From the NCBI GenBank assembly GCA_049965755.1, contig JBMFVY010000001.1, positions 14,370 to 78,369 on the forward strand: a stretch of 64,000 nucleotides of DNA, read 5' to 3'. The stretch comes from Phycisphaerae bacterium (GTDB taxonomy: Bacteria; Planctomycetota; Phycisphaerae; WQYP01). The notes beneath the pieces were generated by a model that made no database searches, had not been told where the DNA came from, and worked only from the letters and a program-made list of their open reading frames with translations. Within the stretch, counting starts at the first letter, position 1. Each line of letters begins with the position of its first letter. The position numbers and the translations under genes are program-made. This document shows positions 48,776 through 59,609 of the stretch, piece after piece.

Positions 48776-51700
48776 ATGTCTGTGCAATTCATACTTGGAC
48801 GAGCCGGAACTGGCAAGACCGAGCAGATTTTGGCTCAGCTTGCCGCCGGGTCGGAAGCTCGGCCGCTGGGGCCGCCGATTTTCTGGCTTGTGCCGACACA
48901 GGCAACTTTCATCACTCAACGCAGGTTGATGGATCGATTGTCGTCCACGGCTCGCGTGGAGGTGCTCGGTCCAAGGCGATTCTGTCAGCGTCTTGCGGCT
49001 CAGATGGGGCAGGCGGTACCCCAGGTGCTCTCGCCGGCGCGGCGGCTGCTGGCGCTCGGGCGGGCGGTGGAGGCGGTTGAGGATAAGCTCGGCTATTTCA
49101 AGCCCAGTCTGAAGATGCCGGGCTTTCTGCGCACGTTGGATGCCACCTTACAACAATTGGTACGGGAAGGGCAGACGGCAGAGGACTTACGGAGGGCCGC
49201 CGAAGCAATCGTCGATTACGGGCACAATCACCTTGGTGCCAAGCTGCGGGACCTCGCCTTGTTGGTCGAGGCCTGGAACGGCGTGCTGTCGTCGGTTCGG
49301 TTTGATCCCGACCAACTGCCGCAATGGGTGCGGAGCCTGCTGCCGGATCATCATCACAAACTTGCGGGCATTTCCATTTACGTTGACGCGCTGAGTTCCA
49401 TGGGGACGGGCGAAATAGAATTGCTCGCGGACCTGGCCAGCCATTCATGCAGGGTGGTGATGAGTCTGCTGCTTGACCCTGCGCTCGCCGATGCAAGGGA
49501 GCCGCCATCCGGCAATGTTTTTCGCCCGACGCTTAACCTGTATCGGCGCATCAATGCGCAACTAAAGAAAGTCGGTGCCGTGATTGATCCACCTGTGCTT
49601 CTGCGCGAGGTACGGCGTTTTGAATCGCCGGCGCTTGCCGCATTGGAATCGCAACTCGCGGGGGTGGCGGCTGTTGCCGTGGCGGCTCCCGCGGGGGGTG
49701 CTACCGGCGCGGACATCCGTATCCATCTGCTCCCCGATCCAGTCGCCGAGGGCGCATTTATCGCACGAAATATACGGCGAATGGTTGCCGGGGGAATGCG
49801 TTATCGGCAGATCGGCATCATCACCAACGCCATCGATCAGTATGAATCGGTATTTGAACAACTATTTCCATTGTACGGTATACCTTTTTTTATTGATCGC
49901 CAGAAGCCGGTAACGCTGCATCCGATGACGGTAGCGGCCAGAGCATTGCTGCGCCTCGGCGAAAGGGGCGGCGAATTTGCGGATATACTGCAATTTTTGC
50001 GGAGCGGGCTGACGGGCTGCAGTCCGGCGGATATTGACGAATTTGAAAATTTTGCCCTTGCCTACGCCATGACACGCCGCAGTCTGGAGCAGCACTGGAG
50101 CGCGGCAATGTCACCTGCCTCAGGCCGATTACGCAACGCCGAACCCCGCGAAGCCGCCGCCAACCGCGTGCGAGCGGCCTTGCTGCGCATTCTTCAGCCG
50201 TGGCTGACAACCTGTGCGAATGACGATTTTACCGGCGAGGCTTGGGTGAAGGCATTTGGTGATATTCTGCTTTCTCCGGTTGCTCTGAACGGACTTGGCG
50301 CCATGGCCGACGAGGCGCTGGCCGCAGGCGATGCACAGGCATCTCAACTGCATTCCGCCATGCCGGTGCAATTGCGGGAACTTTTGGAGGCGGCGGCAGC
50401 GGAATTTCACGGTCGGCGAATGACGTACGGCCGCTTTGCCGGGCTAATGTCAACGTTGCTTGATAGCTTGACGTTGCGGGTGATTCCTCCAACGACCGAT
50501 CAGGTGCTGGTGACATCCGCGCAGCGATCACGCCACCCGGAATTTGATGTGGTTTTCCTGGCCGGTTTCCGCGATGGACAGTTCCCGCTGATATCTGATG
50601 AAAGCCTGCTTTTGAGTCCCGCCGATCGGCAGAGGGCAAAGGATGTTTTGCCGGGTGTTTTTACGCTGCCGGAGGAGCAGGTGCTCGCCGCACCCTTCTT
50701 TGATTATGTTGCCATGACGCGGGCGTCGGATCGCCTGATCATGACGCGACCGCGCTTGGATGGTGCAGGCAACCGAACGGCGCCGTCGGTTTATGAATCG
50801 GAATTGGTTGAAAGCGGTGCGGCCGTCGTCATATCGGAAGGGGACGAGGAAACGCTCGGCATCGCAGATCTGGCAAGCCGCCACGATGCCATCATGTATG
50901 CAGCGCGGCAGGCGGCCATTGACGAGGGGCGGCGCAGCGCCGATGCGGCGGCATTTCAGCAGTGGCTAGCGGACAGGGCGCCGGAAACTCTGCGCTCTCA
51001 ATGGCTGGCGTTGGAGGCACGGCTCTCACCGCAATCCATCGCTCCGATGGATCGCCGACTGATTGTAAACGGCGCTAATCAAATAAACGTCAGCTTTTCG
51101 TCGCTGGAAACCTACGCCGAATGTCCGCTGAAACATTATTTTAAGTACATCCTGCATCTTTCGCCGCGTGAGGAGTGGCAGGTTGACGCTATGGAAATCG
51201 GTTCTGTCGGGCACAGCGTGCTGGAAGCGATTTTCAATGACATCATCAAAGGCCGAGGCCCCTTGGTCCGGTGGCCGGCCGTGAGCGAGGCGGATATCCG
51301 CGCCGCCATCGATGATCAGTTTGCGACCATCGGGATGACCGCTATGGCGCAGGAGGAATCTCCGGAATTGCGGCCGCTGCTGACGCTTCTTAAAAGCAAT
51401 CTCCTTGCCATGCTTGCTTATCAGGCCGAGTTGGCCGAGGCGCTGCGGTTGCGGCCGCTGGCGACGGAGCATCGCTTTTCGGTGCCGATTGCGCAACTTG
51501 CTGAGGGACTTGAATCAGGCATCGCTACCACAGGCGACCTTTCCGCCGTCATGCTGGAGGGTAAAATAGACCGGCTGGATGGCATTTCTAGCGGCTCCGA
51601 CGGCGCGAGAAATCTCATTATCTTTGACTATAAAAGTTCCAAAAATCGGATCAATTGGAATCAGATGCGTGCCGGAACAGAATTGCAGTTGCTCGGCTAC

Positions 51701-52174
51701 CTGTTGGTATCAGCTTATCTGCCGGAGTTTGCGGGCAGCGTGGGGATCGGAGCATTCTATCAACCTTTGAAGCCGCAACCTGCCAAGCAGGCCGCAACGG
51801 ATGAGTCCGATGACAGTCAGGCAGCGCCAAACGTCATGGTCGGCGGGGTATTAAGTTGGGATACTAACGCACCTCCGAAATTGGAGCGGCTGCTGGGTGC
51901 CGGGACCAAGAAGATGGGGGGGCACCGTGCAGACAGCCCATTGAAAACCTCGGCGCAGGTGCAGGGATATAAACTAATGGTTCTCGATCGGACGGTGGAA
52001 CTGGTGCATGACATCATGGACGGCGTAATCGCGCCGGCGCCGATTCGCTTGAGCTCAAATGAAACCGCATGCGATCGGTGCGATTTCAAGGCGTGCTGTC
52101 CGTTTGATCGCATTCGCGGCCAATACCGCTCGGTGAAGGCGGTGGCCGCGGCGGCTCAAGAGGTGCACGCATGA
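48776..52174 (+). CDS. addB: ATP-dependent helicase/nuclease subunit B (AddB/RexB-type, PD-(D/E)xK nuclease with Fe-S cysteines)
   Basis: N-terminal P-loop MSVQFILGRAGTGKTE; large inactive-helicase-like body; C-terminal RecB-family nuclease with the cysteine cluster (ETACDRCDFKACCPF). 4-nt overlap with the downstream addA. Confidence 0.85.
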   Translation: MSVQFILGRAGTGKTEQILAQLAAGSEARPLGPPIFWLVPTQATFITQRRLMDRLSSTARVEVLGPRRFCQRLAAQMGQAVPQVLSPARRLLALGRAVEAVEDKLGYFKPSLKMPGFLRTLDATLQQLVREGQTAEDLRRAAEAIVDYGHNHLGAKLRDLALLVEAWNGVLSSVRFDPDQLPQWVRSLLPDHHHKLAGISIYVDALSSMGTGEIELLADLASHSCRVVMSLLLDPALADAREPPSGNVFRPTLNLYRRINAQLKKVGAVIDPPVLLREVRRFESPALAALESQLAGVAAVAVAAPAGGATGADIRIHLLPDPVAEGAFIARNIRRMVAGGMRYRQIGIITNAIDQYESVFEQLFPLYGIPFFIDRQKPVTLHPMTVAARALLRLGERGGEFADILQFLRSGLTGCSPADIDEFENFALAYAMTRRSLEQHWSAAMSPASGRLRNAEPREAAANRVRAALLRILQPWLTTCANDDFTGEAWVKAFGDILLSPVALNGLGAMADEALAAGDAQASQLHSAMPVQLRELLEAAAAEFHGRRMTYGRFAGLMSTLLDSLTLRVIPPTTDQVLVTSAQRSRHPEFDVVFLAGFRDGQFPLISDESLLLSPADRQRAKDVLPGVFTLPEEQVLAAPFFDYVAMTRASDRLIMTRPRLDGAGNRTAPSVYESELVESGAAVVISEGDEETLGIADLASRHDAIMYAARQAAIDEGRRSADAAAFQQWLADRAPETLRSQWLALEARLSPQSIAPMDRRLIVNGANQINVSFSSLETYAECPLKHYFKYILHLSPREEWQVDAMEIGSVGHSVLEAIFNDIIKGRGPLVRWPAVSEADIRAAIDDQFATIGMTAMAQEESPELRPLLTLLKSNLLAMLAYQAELAEALRLRPLATEHRFSVPIAQLAEGLESGIATTGDLSAVMLEGKIDRLDGISSGSDGARNLIIFDYKSSKNRINWNQMRAGTELQLLGYLLVSAYLPEFAGSVGIGAFYQPLKPQPAKQAATDESDDSQAAPNVMVGGVLSWDTNAPPKLERLLGAGTKKMGGHRADSPLKTSAQVQGYKLMVLDRTVELVHDIMDGVIAPAPIRLSSNETACDRCDFKACCPFDRIRGQYRSVKAVAAAAQEVHA

Positions 52175-55100
52175 CCAGTCAGAGCGGCATACGATTTACG
52201 CCGAGCCAACAGAAAGCTGCCAGGCACCGCGACGGGACCATGGTGGTGTTGGCGAGCGCGGGGTCAGGAAAGACCGCAAGTTTGACCCAGCGATGCGTGG
52301 AGATTCTGCTTGATACAGAGAACCCATGCGCGGTGGATCAGCTTCTGGTGGTGACCTTCACCAACGAAGCGGCCGGAGAAATGCGCAGCCGAATCGGCCA
52401 GGAGATGCGCAGGCAATCCAGGCAGATCACCGATCCGCTGAAGCAGCGCCATGCGCAGCGGCAGGTGAATCTGATCGATGCGGCGAAGATCATGACGCTT
52501 CACGCATTCTGTCATTCGCTGGTGCGGCACAACTTTGTCATTTGTGGCGTTGACCCCGCGATGACCATGCTGGATGAATTGGAAATGGGTTTGATGCTTC
52601 GCGATGCCGTGCTGGAAACGGTTCGCCTCTACGCCCAGGACCGGCGCCCAGCGGCACAGACATTCATTGATTTTTATACCTTTACCTGCGGTGCGCGGGT
52701 GGACTCTCTGCTCAAAGCCATCAAGCCGTTGCTTGATCAGATCAACAATTCGCCCGATCCGGATGCGTACATAACCAAGGCTCTTGCGTTGCAATCGCAG
52801 CAGCAATCGCCGCCGAAAGCCCGTTGGGCGCATCTCCGCGAGCAACTCCTGGCACATGTGGACTTTTTGCAGCACAGCATTGATGCGTTGGGCGGTTTCA
52901 GGCACGGAAATATCATGACGGGGAATCTCCTCGTTCTGCAGGATCGGCTCTCCGATATCTTCAAGGCGATTGAGGAAGGTGATGAAGGACGCCTGAATCA
53001 ACTCGCAGCACTCGGAGCACCGGAGACGAAACGGGTGCCCTCGCCCAGGGGAGCGGCCGCGGCTGAAAAGGAAGAGTTTGATCGCCTTAAGGGACACCAT
53101 TATGACACGATTAAAGAAGCCGCGACGAAATTCATCAAGGCGTTGCCCGCCACTTTGCGCTATTCCGAGCAATCTCGCTTGGAGGAAGAATCGAAGTATG
53201 CCGTCGGTATCATCGAATTTGCGCGCGACGCCCGTCAATGTTACGGCCGGATGAAGGCCCAACGCCATGTGCTGGATTTTTCTGATCTGGAACACAAAGT
53301 GCTGGCCGCTCTGCGCGATGAATCCAATGGTTTGCTTGCGGGCTTGCAAGTCGAGATTAAGCATGTCATGGTGGATGAATATCAGGACATTAATCCGGTG
53401 CAGGAAGCGATTATCAATTTGCTTTCGGGCGATGGGTCCGCCGGTGTGACGGATGCAGATTCCGGCGGCCGGAGCCGCTTTATGGTGGGGGATGTTCTCC
53501 AGAGCATCTACGGCTTTCGGGGGGCAGCTCCACATCTGCTATACGCCCATCACCAAAAGGCGATGGGCAAATCCGGGCGTGGAGGGCATGTGGAGATGCA
53601 GGAAAATTTCCGGACGGCGCCCGATCTGTTGCGGGCAATTAACGCTGTTCTTCTGCCCGTACTGAATCAGGCGGACGCAATCGTTGCCGCACCGCCGGAT
53701 GCACCCCAGATATCTAAAGCTGATTCCGCGGCCAGCAGGGGCGGCGCTCAGCAGGGCGACGCGTCTAAAAGCCCCGAGCATGGTGGGGAAGATTCGCAAA
53801 TGATGCGGCTCGGAAGTCTCCCCCTGCCGGTACCCGCCAGAGAGCATCCTTCATCGCTTGGAATAGAAGAGGGTACATACACACTGCGGCTTACGATTGT
53901 CGCTGGCGGCAGTTCGGATAACGGCCATCATGATGGCGCAAGCGAGGTGCAGAATTCTTCAGGTGGCGATTCAGATGGCGAGTCGCTCCGCACCGTCGAG
54001 GCCGAGGCACGCCACGTCGGCCGGGCGATACGCGAAATCATCGCCGGTGGGGGAATGGTGCATGCAAGCGAAGGCCCGCGGCCTTTGCGATATTCAGATA
54101 TTGTAATTCTCATGCGTGCCCCGCGCACCGCCGCCCCGACCTATGTACGTGAACTCCGGGCCATGGGCATAGCCGCCCATGCCCAGCTTTCCGGCGGATT
54201 TTTAGAATCTCCCTGTGTACTCGAAACACTGAGCCTGCTCCGCGTGCTCGACAATCCGCGGCAGGACATTGATCTGGCGTCTACCCTGGTGGGGATTTAC
54301 GGTTGCATGACGCTCAATGAACTTCAAACGCTGCAACTTGCCGCCGACAACCCGTACATGCCGCTGCACGAGATCCTCGAGAAGATGGTTGAGGGATCGG
54401 CAGGGAATAACGCCGACCGCGTGCCGGCCGATCTGCGTCGCCGCATTGCGAATCACATGGAACGCCTGAATCGCTGGCGGCAGGTGCTTCGTAACCGAGG
54501 TATTGCCGGCGGGATGATGGCGATATTTGAAGATGCCGCAGTGCGGCCGGTGCTTAGCGGTCGACGGGATGGGGGAACCGAGCTGGCAAACCTCGAATTG
54601 CTCATGGCGCGTGCTGCACAGTTTGCGGAAGATGGAGCACGCGGCATCGGCCGCTTTCTCGAATTCTGCGACATGCTCTCCGAAACGGATGAAGACATGG
54701 CAGCAGCCCTGGTCGAGACCGGCAACAGCGTGCGGATTATGTCGGTGCACGCGAGCAAAGGGCTTGAATTTCCGGTGGTGATGTTGGTCGGGCTTGGAAA
54801 ACAACTCAACGCACGGAGCGCCTCCGCAGATGTTCTTGCCGACCGGGATTCGCATGTGGCCGTCAAATGGGTCAGCGGAACGGATCGCTTGCGAATACAA
54901 ACCGGGCGGTATGACGCCGCCGCCGATCGGCTCTGCAGACAGATATTACACGAAGAGGTGCGGCTGCTGTATGTGGCCATGACGCGGGCACGCGATCATC
55001 TGATGTTATTTGGTGCTTTGAAGAGCGACAAAAAGATTAATCAATATGGGGTATGGTCGGCGGATCCGGCGTCGGCGGCGTCCGCGCTTCGTACCAAGCT

Positions 55101-56049
55101 TTCGTCCATCAGCATGCTTGACATCATGGCGCCGATCATGCTTTCTCTCCCGCAGGAGAGCGGTGTCGATGTGCGGATTTGCGCTGCCGATGAAAAAGCC
55201 TTGCCCCCCGATCCAATTCTGCCGCAGGCGGAAGTATTGACTGCATCCGCGATTCCGGTCGATGATCAGGGGCAGCAACTTTCAGAAATATGCCGGCGCA
55301 TTGAATTTGAATATCCGCATCGGACGGACATACCAGCCGCGGTATCGGTGAGCCGGCTCAAATCGATGCAGCTTCAGTCTGCAAATCCCCCGCCAGCGAC
55401 CGTCATAACGGGAGCGGTCATGGACGACGACGCCGCCAACGACGCGCTGAGTCGCGGCCTGGCGGTGCACGCATTTTTGCAGATGGTCGATCTTCACGCA
55501 CTCGCAAAAGCCGCTCTCGATGCAGATGCACCGGCATCCATCCGCAGGCTTATCCGCGATCTCATCGCTACCGGTGCACTGGATCCGGCGGCGGAAGACC
55601 AGATTGATTTGGATGTCATGATCTGGTTTGCGACCTCGGACGTATTCCGCATGATGCTTGCCGCTGCATCGAATAATGGACTTTATCGCGAGCAGGCCGT
55701 CACATGGAAAATGCCGGCTGAAACGGTGGCGGAAAAACTGGGCCTCGCAGCGCCGACTTCTCCCGGGAATCATGGCGTTGCCGGCGGGCACCCCGCCGCC
55801 AAGACCACCGACACCGTGATGATCCGCGGCATTATTGATGTGTTAATTTATCAGCATGGCAGGCCGGTGATTGTGGATTACAAGACCGATCGGGCGGAGA
55901 GTGTGAACGACCGTCTGCCAGCTTATCGCGAGCAGATCGCTTTGTACGCCGGTGCCGTGGAGCAACTGCTCGGCACGCCGGTGGATGAAGCGTGGTTGGT
56001 GTTTTTGTCCGCCCGCCGCATCGAGCGTGCCCTCCTCGGCAAACACTGA
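52171..56049 (+). CDS. addA: ATP-dependent helicase/nuclease subunit A (AddA/RecB-like UvrD-family helicase with C-terminal PD-(D/E)xK nuclease)
   Basis: UvrD motif I VLASAGSGKTASLTQR, motif II VMVDEYQDINPVQ, motif VI MSVHASKGLEFPVV, LYVAMTRARD. C-terminal nuclease motif GIIDVLIYQHGRPVIVDYKTD. Confidence 0.9.
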   Translation: MTSQSGIRFTPSQQKAARHRDGTMVVLASAGSGKTASLTQRCVEILLDTENPCAVDQLLVVTFTNEAAGEMRSRIGQEMRRQSRQITDPLKQRHAQRQVNLIDAAKIMTLHAFCHSLVRHNFVICGVDPAMTMLDELEMGLMLRDAVLETVRLYAQDRRPAAQTFIDFYTFTCGARVDSLLKAIKPLLDQINNSPDPDAYITKALALQSQQQSPPKARWAHLREQLLAHVDFLQHSIDALGGFRHGNIMTGNLLVLQDRLSDIFKAIEEGDEGRLNQLAALGAPETKRVPSPRGAAAAEKEEFDRLKGHHYDTIKEAATKFIKALPATLRYSEQSRLEEESKYAVGIIEFARDARQCYGRMKAQRHVLDFSDLEHKVLAALRDESNGLLAGLQVEIKHVMVDEYQDINPVQEAIINLLSGDGSAGVTDADSGGRSRFMVGDVLQSIYGFRGAAPHLLYAHHQKAMGKSGRGGHVEMQENFRTAPDLLRAINAVLLPVLNQADAIVAAPPDAPQISKADSAASRGGAQQGDASKSPEHGGEDSQMMRLGSLPLPVPAREHPSSLGIEEGTYTLRLTIVAGGSSDNGHHDGASEVQNSSGGDSDGESLRTVEAEARHVGRAIREIIAGGGMVHASEGPRPLRYSDIVILMRAPRTAAPTYVRELRAMGIAAHAQLSGGFLESPCVLETLSLLRVLDNPRQDIDLASTLVGIYGCMTLNELQTLQLAADNPYMPLHEILEKMVEGSAGNNADRVPADLRRRIANHMERLNRWRQVLRNRGIAGGMMAIFEDAAVRPVLSGRRDGGTELANLELLMARAAQFAEDGARGIGRFLEFCDMLSETDEDMAAALVETGNSVRIMSVHASKGLEFPVVMLVGLGKQLNARSASADVLADRDSHVAVKWVSGTDRLRIQTGRYDAAADRLCRQILHEEVRLLYVAMTRARDHLMLFGALKSDKKINQYGVWSADPASAASALRTKLSSISMLDIMAPIMLSLPQESGVDVRICAADEKALPPDPILPQAEVLTASAIPVDDQGQQLSEICRRIEFEYPHRTDIPAAVSVSRLKSMQLQSANPPPATVITGAVMDDDAANDALSRGLAVHAFLQMVDLHALAKAALDADAPASIRRLIRDLIATGALDPAAEDQIDLDVMIWFATSDVFRMMLAAASNNGLYREQAVTWKMPAETVAEKLGLAAPTSPGNHGVAGGHPAAKTTDTVMIRGIIDVLIYQHGRPVIVDYKTDRAESVNDRLPAYREQIALYAGAVEQLLGTPVDEAWLVFLSARRIERALLGKH

Positions 56050-56092
56050 ACCCGAAGTTGGCCGGAGGCAAAAGCGGTCGCAGGAAGGATAT

Positions 56093-56566
56093 CTATGCGA
56101 TCGGTTGAACGATCAGGTAGTTTCCCGAAACACCAATAACACGTACCTTTTGTCCCGCTTCGATCTGAGCATTTTCACTCACGCAGGCGAGGCGCTGATT
56201 CTCGATGGTGCAGACGCCGGACGGCCGCAACACCGATCCCGCCACCCCTTCTTTATTGATGAAGTGTTTCAGTTCACTGGTGGCAAGGACGGGAGGACGC
56301 TGCCCACGCAGAAATATCCTCTGCGCGATGGGGCTTCGCGGATAGTAACGGAATCCGCACCAACCCGCCGCCGGAATAATAATCAGCAGAATAATAACCG
56401 TCAGTGCTGCGAAATCGACCGATACAAACAGCGAAAGTACGAGCGCTGCCATGCAGAGCAGCAGAAAGCAGAGTGCCAAAATTCCGTGCGATGGCACTAC
56501 AAATTCCAGCCAGATGCAGATGACGGCTCCCAAGAGTATCGCAAATACCGAAAGTACCAAATCCAT
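56093..56566 (-). CDS. NfeD-family membrane protein, short form (TM region + C-terminal OB-fold)
   Basis: 157 aa. Three hydrophobic helices, then a beta-rich C-terminus (GQKVRVIGVSGNYLIVQPI) typical of short NfeD/YuaF-like proteins. Confidence 0.65.
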   Translation of the reverse strand: MDLVLSVFAILLGAVICIWLEFVVPSHGILALCFLLLCMAALVLSLFVSVDFAALTVIILLIIIPAAGWCGFRYYPRSPIAQRIFLRGQRPPVLATSELKHFINKEGVAGSVLRPSGVCTIENQRLACVSENAQIEAGQKVRVIGVSGNYLIVQPIA

Positions 56567-56593
56567 CGCTTTTGTGCCCCCGAAACGCCCGGC

Positions 56594-58213
56594 TCATTTG
56601 TCCAGCGCTTTGACCAGCAGTTGATGCTGTGCTTTGCCTACAACCACAATGGCTGTGCCGGAAAGTATATAGTCACCGTCCGTCACGACATCCGTCAACC
56701 GTCCGTCAAAATTGGCTTTTCCGCTTGGTCGCAAATCCGATATGGCCCGTCCGATGGCTCCGACAAAAGGTTCCGAAGTATCCGATGCGGCACCGGCAGC
56801 GGACGATTTCGGCGGCGTAAGAATCATGCGGCGGGCACCGGGGAGGTGCTGCATATATCGGATCAGCACAATACTGCCGATAATTCCGCACAGCAGCGCT
56901 CCGGCAAGTACACCGCCGCTTTCCTGCGCCGCGTTCCAGAGGGGGGCCGCTGACGTAAATCCACCGGAGAGGGGGACCAGCGAGCATCCAATGCCGACGA
57001 GAATCAGGACGAAACCCGGTACCGCCAGCAGGCCCAGACCACCAAAATGGAAGATGTCGTAAATAATAAGTACAACTCCGACACCCACCAGAGCGACTTC
57101 CCACCACGCTCCCACACCCGTAAGCATCGGCGCACCGAGCAGCAGTGCCAGCGCAACAAGCCCCATCAGGATCGGCACGTGCCAACCCGGATGCGTCAGC
57201 GTGAGCCAGCCGGCGATTACCAGAATGATGATCAGAATGAATCTCGCCTCCGGCGAAATGAGAACCCGCACCGCGTGCTCCATGAAATCAAGCCGCAGAA
57301 TCGGTACTCGCACGGCAGTCACGTTCAGATACGCCAGCAGGGCCGATCGTGATCGCACCGTCGCCGCAGAAAGCCCGAATTGCCGTGCCCGCCGGGCCGA
57401 GAGTGTCAGCACCGAGCCGGACGGCTTGAATCGCTTTACAAATTCCCACGGGTGCTCGGCGGCCCGCCCCGGAACGGTCTCTTTCATCAATGCGCGACGC
57501 TGCCGTGGAGTTACCAGCTCCGTCTTCCCGGTCACGCGATTACTGATCTCATCAAGCACCACCGTTGGATCAACCATTGCCGCAAGTATCTCGGGCGGAT
57601 AGTGATGGGCTACGGCATGCTGCAGCAGAAGTTTCAGCGGCCCGTCCGTCACCGACCGAGCCATACCGGCGAAGGTCAAATGCTGCCGCGCTTGGAATGT
57701 CTGCCCGTCGCCGATTATCGCGCCGCGATGCATGATGATTTGGTTGCAGGCCGTTGCCATGAGAATCGCCGGTCCGATGGCAGCTTTTCGAATATAGGCA
57801 ACCGTGGGGAGTTGGCAGCTTTCAATCTCCTTTGCGGCGTTCATGGCCGAAGATACCAGTCCGGTTGACGAATGAAATCGAAAAATCAACAGGGACGCAT
57901 GCCGCCGAATCGCCGCGTGAATCCGGCGCTCAATCGCCGATACCTGAATCTGATCTATCCCGCCGTCCACGATAATCATCGCAGCATGGCGGTAAGTGTT
58001 TTTATTCAGTGGCTGCAGGCCGACGGGATGCCCTGCAGCCAATGCGGTTGCAGGCAAAATAGCAGCGATTGAAATCACAAGCAGCGACGCAGCATAAACG
58101 CCCGCCATTTTCATAATGAGACGCAGATGTTTTACCAGTGCCGCAGCAAAATTGTTATCGATGTCCGATATCCGCCCCGTCCCGGAGATCATTGAGTCAG
58201 ATTTCATCCACAC
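56594..58213 (-). CDS. NfeD-family membrane-bound ClpP-class serine protease, long form
   Basis: Signal/TM N-terminus, ClpP-like domain (RKAAIGPAILMATACNQIIMHRGAIIGDG), central multi-TM region, C-terminal OB-fold (SGTAIVVVGKAQHQLLVKAL). Confidence 0.7.
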   Translation of the reverse strand: MWMKSDSMISGTGRISDIDNNFAAALVKHLRLIMKMAGVYAASLLVISIAAILPATALAAGHPVGLQPLNKNTYRHAAMIIVDGGIDQIQVSAIERRIHAAIRRHASLLIFRFHSSTGLVSSAMNAAKEIESCQLPTVAYIRKAAIGPAILMATACNQIIMHRGAIIGDGQTFQARQHLTFAGMARSVTDGPLKLLLQHAVAHHYPPEILAAMVDPTVVLDEISNRVTGKTELVTPRQRRALMKETVPGRAAEHPWEFVKRFKPSGSVLTLSARRARQFGLSAATVRSRSALLAYLNVTAVRVPILRLDFMEHAVRVLISPEARFILIIILVIAGWLTLTHPGWHVPILMGLVALALLLGAPMLTGVGAWWEVALVGVGVVLIIYDIFHFGGLGLLAVPGFVLILVGIGCSLVPLSGGFTSAAPLWNAAQESGGVLAGALLCGIIGSIVLIRYMQHLPGARRMILTPPKSSAAGAASDTSEPFVGAIGRAISDLRPSGKANFDGRLTDVVTDGDYILSGTAIVVVGKAQHQLLVKALDK

Positions 58214-58282
58214 CCCGCCATGCGTTGAAACAGGATTTCCGGATGCGCGTGTTAATCTCGTACCGGAACCGTCGCATTGCCG

Positions 58283-58912
58283 TTACATTTTAACACGTCC
58301 GGTGAGCGCATCGTGCAGAATGGCGCGATTGGAATGTTCAATCTGCGCCCCTGGGGGTAATCCACGTGCCAATCGGGTAATGGTAACCCCGCTTGGCGAA
58401 AGTCGCTCCTGAATGAGCAGGGCGGTTGCATCACCATCCATGGTGGGGTTGGTTGCCAGAATAACCTCCCGAACGGCTGGTTTACCGTCGGAACCCCGTT
58501 GATTCACGCGGTTCTCCAACGCATCAATGGTGAGCGCCTCGGCACCGATGCCGTCCAGCGGTGCCAAACGCCCCAACAGCACATGATAAACACCCGTGTA
58601 CGCCCCCGAGGTTTCGATCTGGTAAACATCTTTGGGTTGTTCCACAACACAAATGATGCCATGATCGCGGCGCGGATTGGCGCAGATGTCACACGGATCA
58701 TTTTCCGTCAAATGGTAACAAATGCTGCAATGCCGAACCTGATCTTTAACCGCAACAATGGCGTCTGCCAGCTTGGCGGCGTCCTCACGGCTTCCCTTGA
58801 GAATATGAAATACGATTCGCTCGGCGGAGCGCGAACCGATGCCCGGAAGCTGCCCGAACAGATCGAGGAGAGTTTTTACCGCCGCGCTGTATGCGTGTCG
58901 ATTATCCGGCAT
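58283..58912 (-). CDS. recR: Recombination protein RecR
   Basis: HhH LPGIGSRSAERIVFHIL, C4 zinc finger CSICYHLTENDPCDIC, Toprim domain ICVVEQPKDVYQIE...GVYHVL, Walker-B-like ILATNPTMDGDATA. Confidence 0.95.
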   Translation of the reverse strand: MPDNRHAYSAAVKTLLDLFGQLPGIGSRSAERIVFHILKGSREDAAKLADAIVAVKDQVRHCSICYHLTENDPCDICANPRRDHGIICVVEQPKDVYQIETSGAYTGVYHVLLGRLAPLDGIGAEALTIDALENRVNQRGSDGKPAVREVILATNPTMDGDATALLIQERLSPSGVTITRLARGLPPGAQIEHSNRAILHDALTGRVKM

Positions 58913-58924
58913 TTCTAATCACTT

Positions 58925-59272
58925 CTACCCTTGTCCCAGCATGGATCGCATGGCGTTGAGGTCAATATCGCCGAGCGATTCCTGCATCTTCGCCTGTACT
59001 TCCGCCTGCACCGCTCGCAGGGCGGCATTGGTAGCCTCGCGGCACATATCTGAAAGTCGGGCCGGGTCTGAAAATGGCGCACTGGGTGCGAATTCAAAGG
59101 AGATAATCTCCAGGCGGCCGTTGGCCGAAACTCGAACTGCCTCATCTCCGGCAGAACCGGTCGCGTGAATAAACGGCAGTGTCTTTTGGAATTCTGCCAG
59201 CCGACTTTGCATTTCTTTTGCTTTGGCCATCATCGGGCCAAGCTGTGAAAGTGCTTTGATTGAATCAAACAT
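58925..59272 (-). CDS. ybaB: Nucleoid-associated protein YbaB/EbfC
   Basis: 115 aa, MFDSIKALSQLGPMMAKAKEMQSRLAEFQKTL...ATGSAGDEAVRVSANGRLEIISFEF. Classic YbaB, in the conserved ybaB-recR arrangement. Confidence 0.9.
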   Translation of the reverse strand: MFDSIKALSQLGPMMAKAKEMQSRLAEFQKTLPFIHATGSAGDEAVRVSANGRLEIISFEFAPSAPFSDPARLSDMCREATNAALRAVQAEVQAKMQESLGDIDLNAMRSMLGQG

Positions 59273-59609
59273 TCATAAACCTCAAAATATGGATATCACG
59301 TCTTGTCAGGGCATCGCTCACGAATATCTGCCCGATGGCGAATCCGAAATTCGGCGGACCGCATTCCAATTTGATAATAACGCCTTTGAGCCCGTTACAC
59401 CAAGCTTGGGAATTTACATCCGGGCGCGGCCGGAGCGAATACAAAATCGTACGGCCTGGCAATCCATGACGAATGTCCGTGAACAAAGAATTAGGCAATT
59501 CGGGAATAAATCTTGCTCGGCGATGCACTACATAGGTGTGGAACCGGGGCATGTTGTTGAACCGTTTGACCACACCAATATCGTGAATCAACTTTTTGGA
59601 AAGGAAAAC

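Noticed and set aside
52264-53535. 423-aa minus-strand ORF within addA (and 54202..54900, 55282..55791, 51026..51496 antisense ORFs in addAB)
   Set aside because: Antisense to canonical AddA/AddB helicase-nuclease genes. No motifs.
59223-59609. N-terminal 129-codon in-frame extension of the PEP-CTERM ORF
   Set aside because: No signal peptide at that start. A good RBS and signal peptide are present at the internal ATG (59610). The region is the ybaB/PEP-CTERM intergenic spacer.
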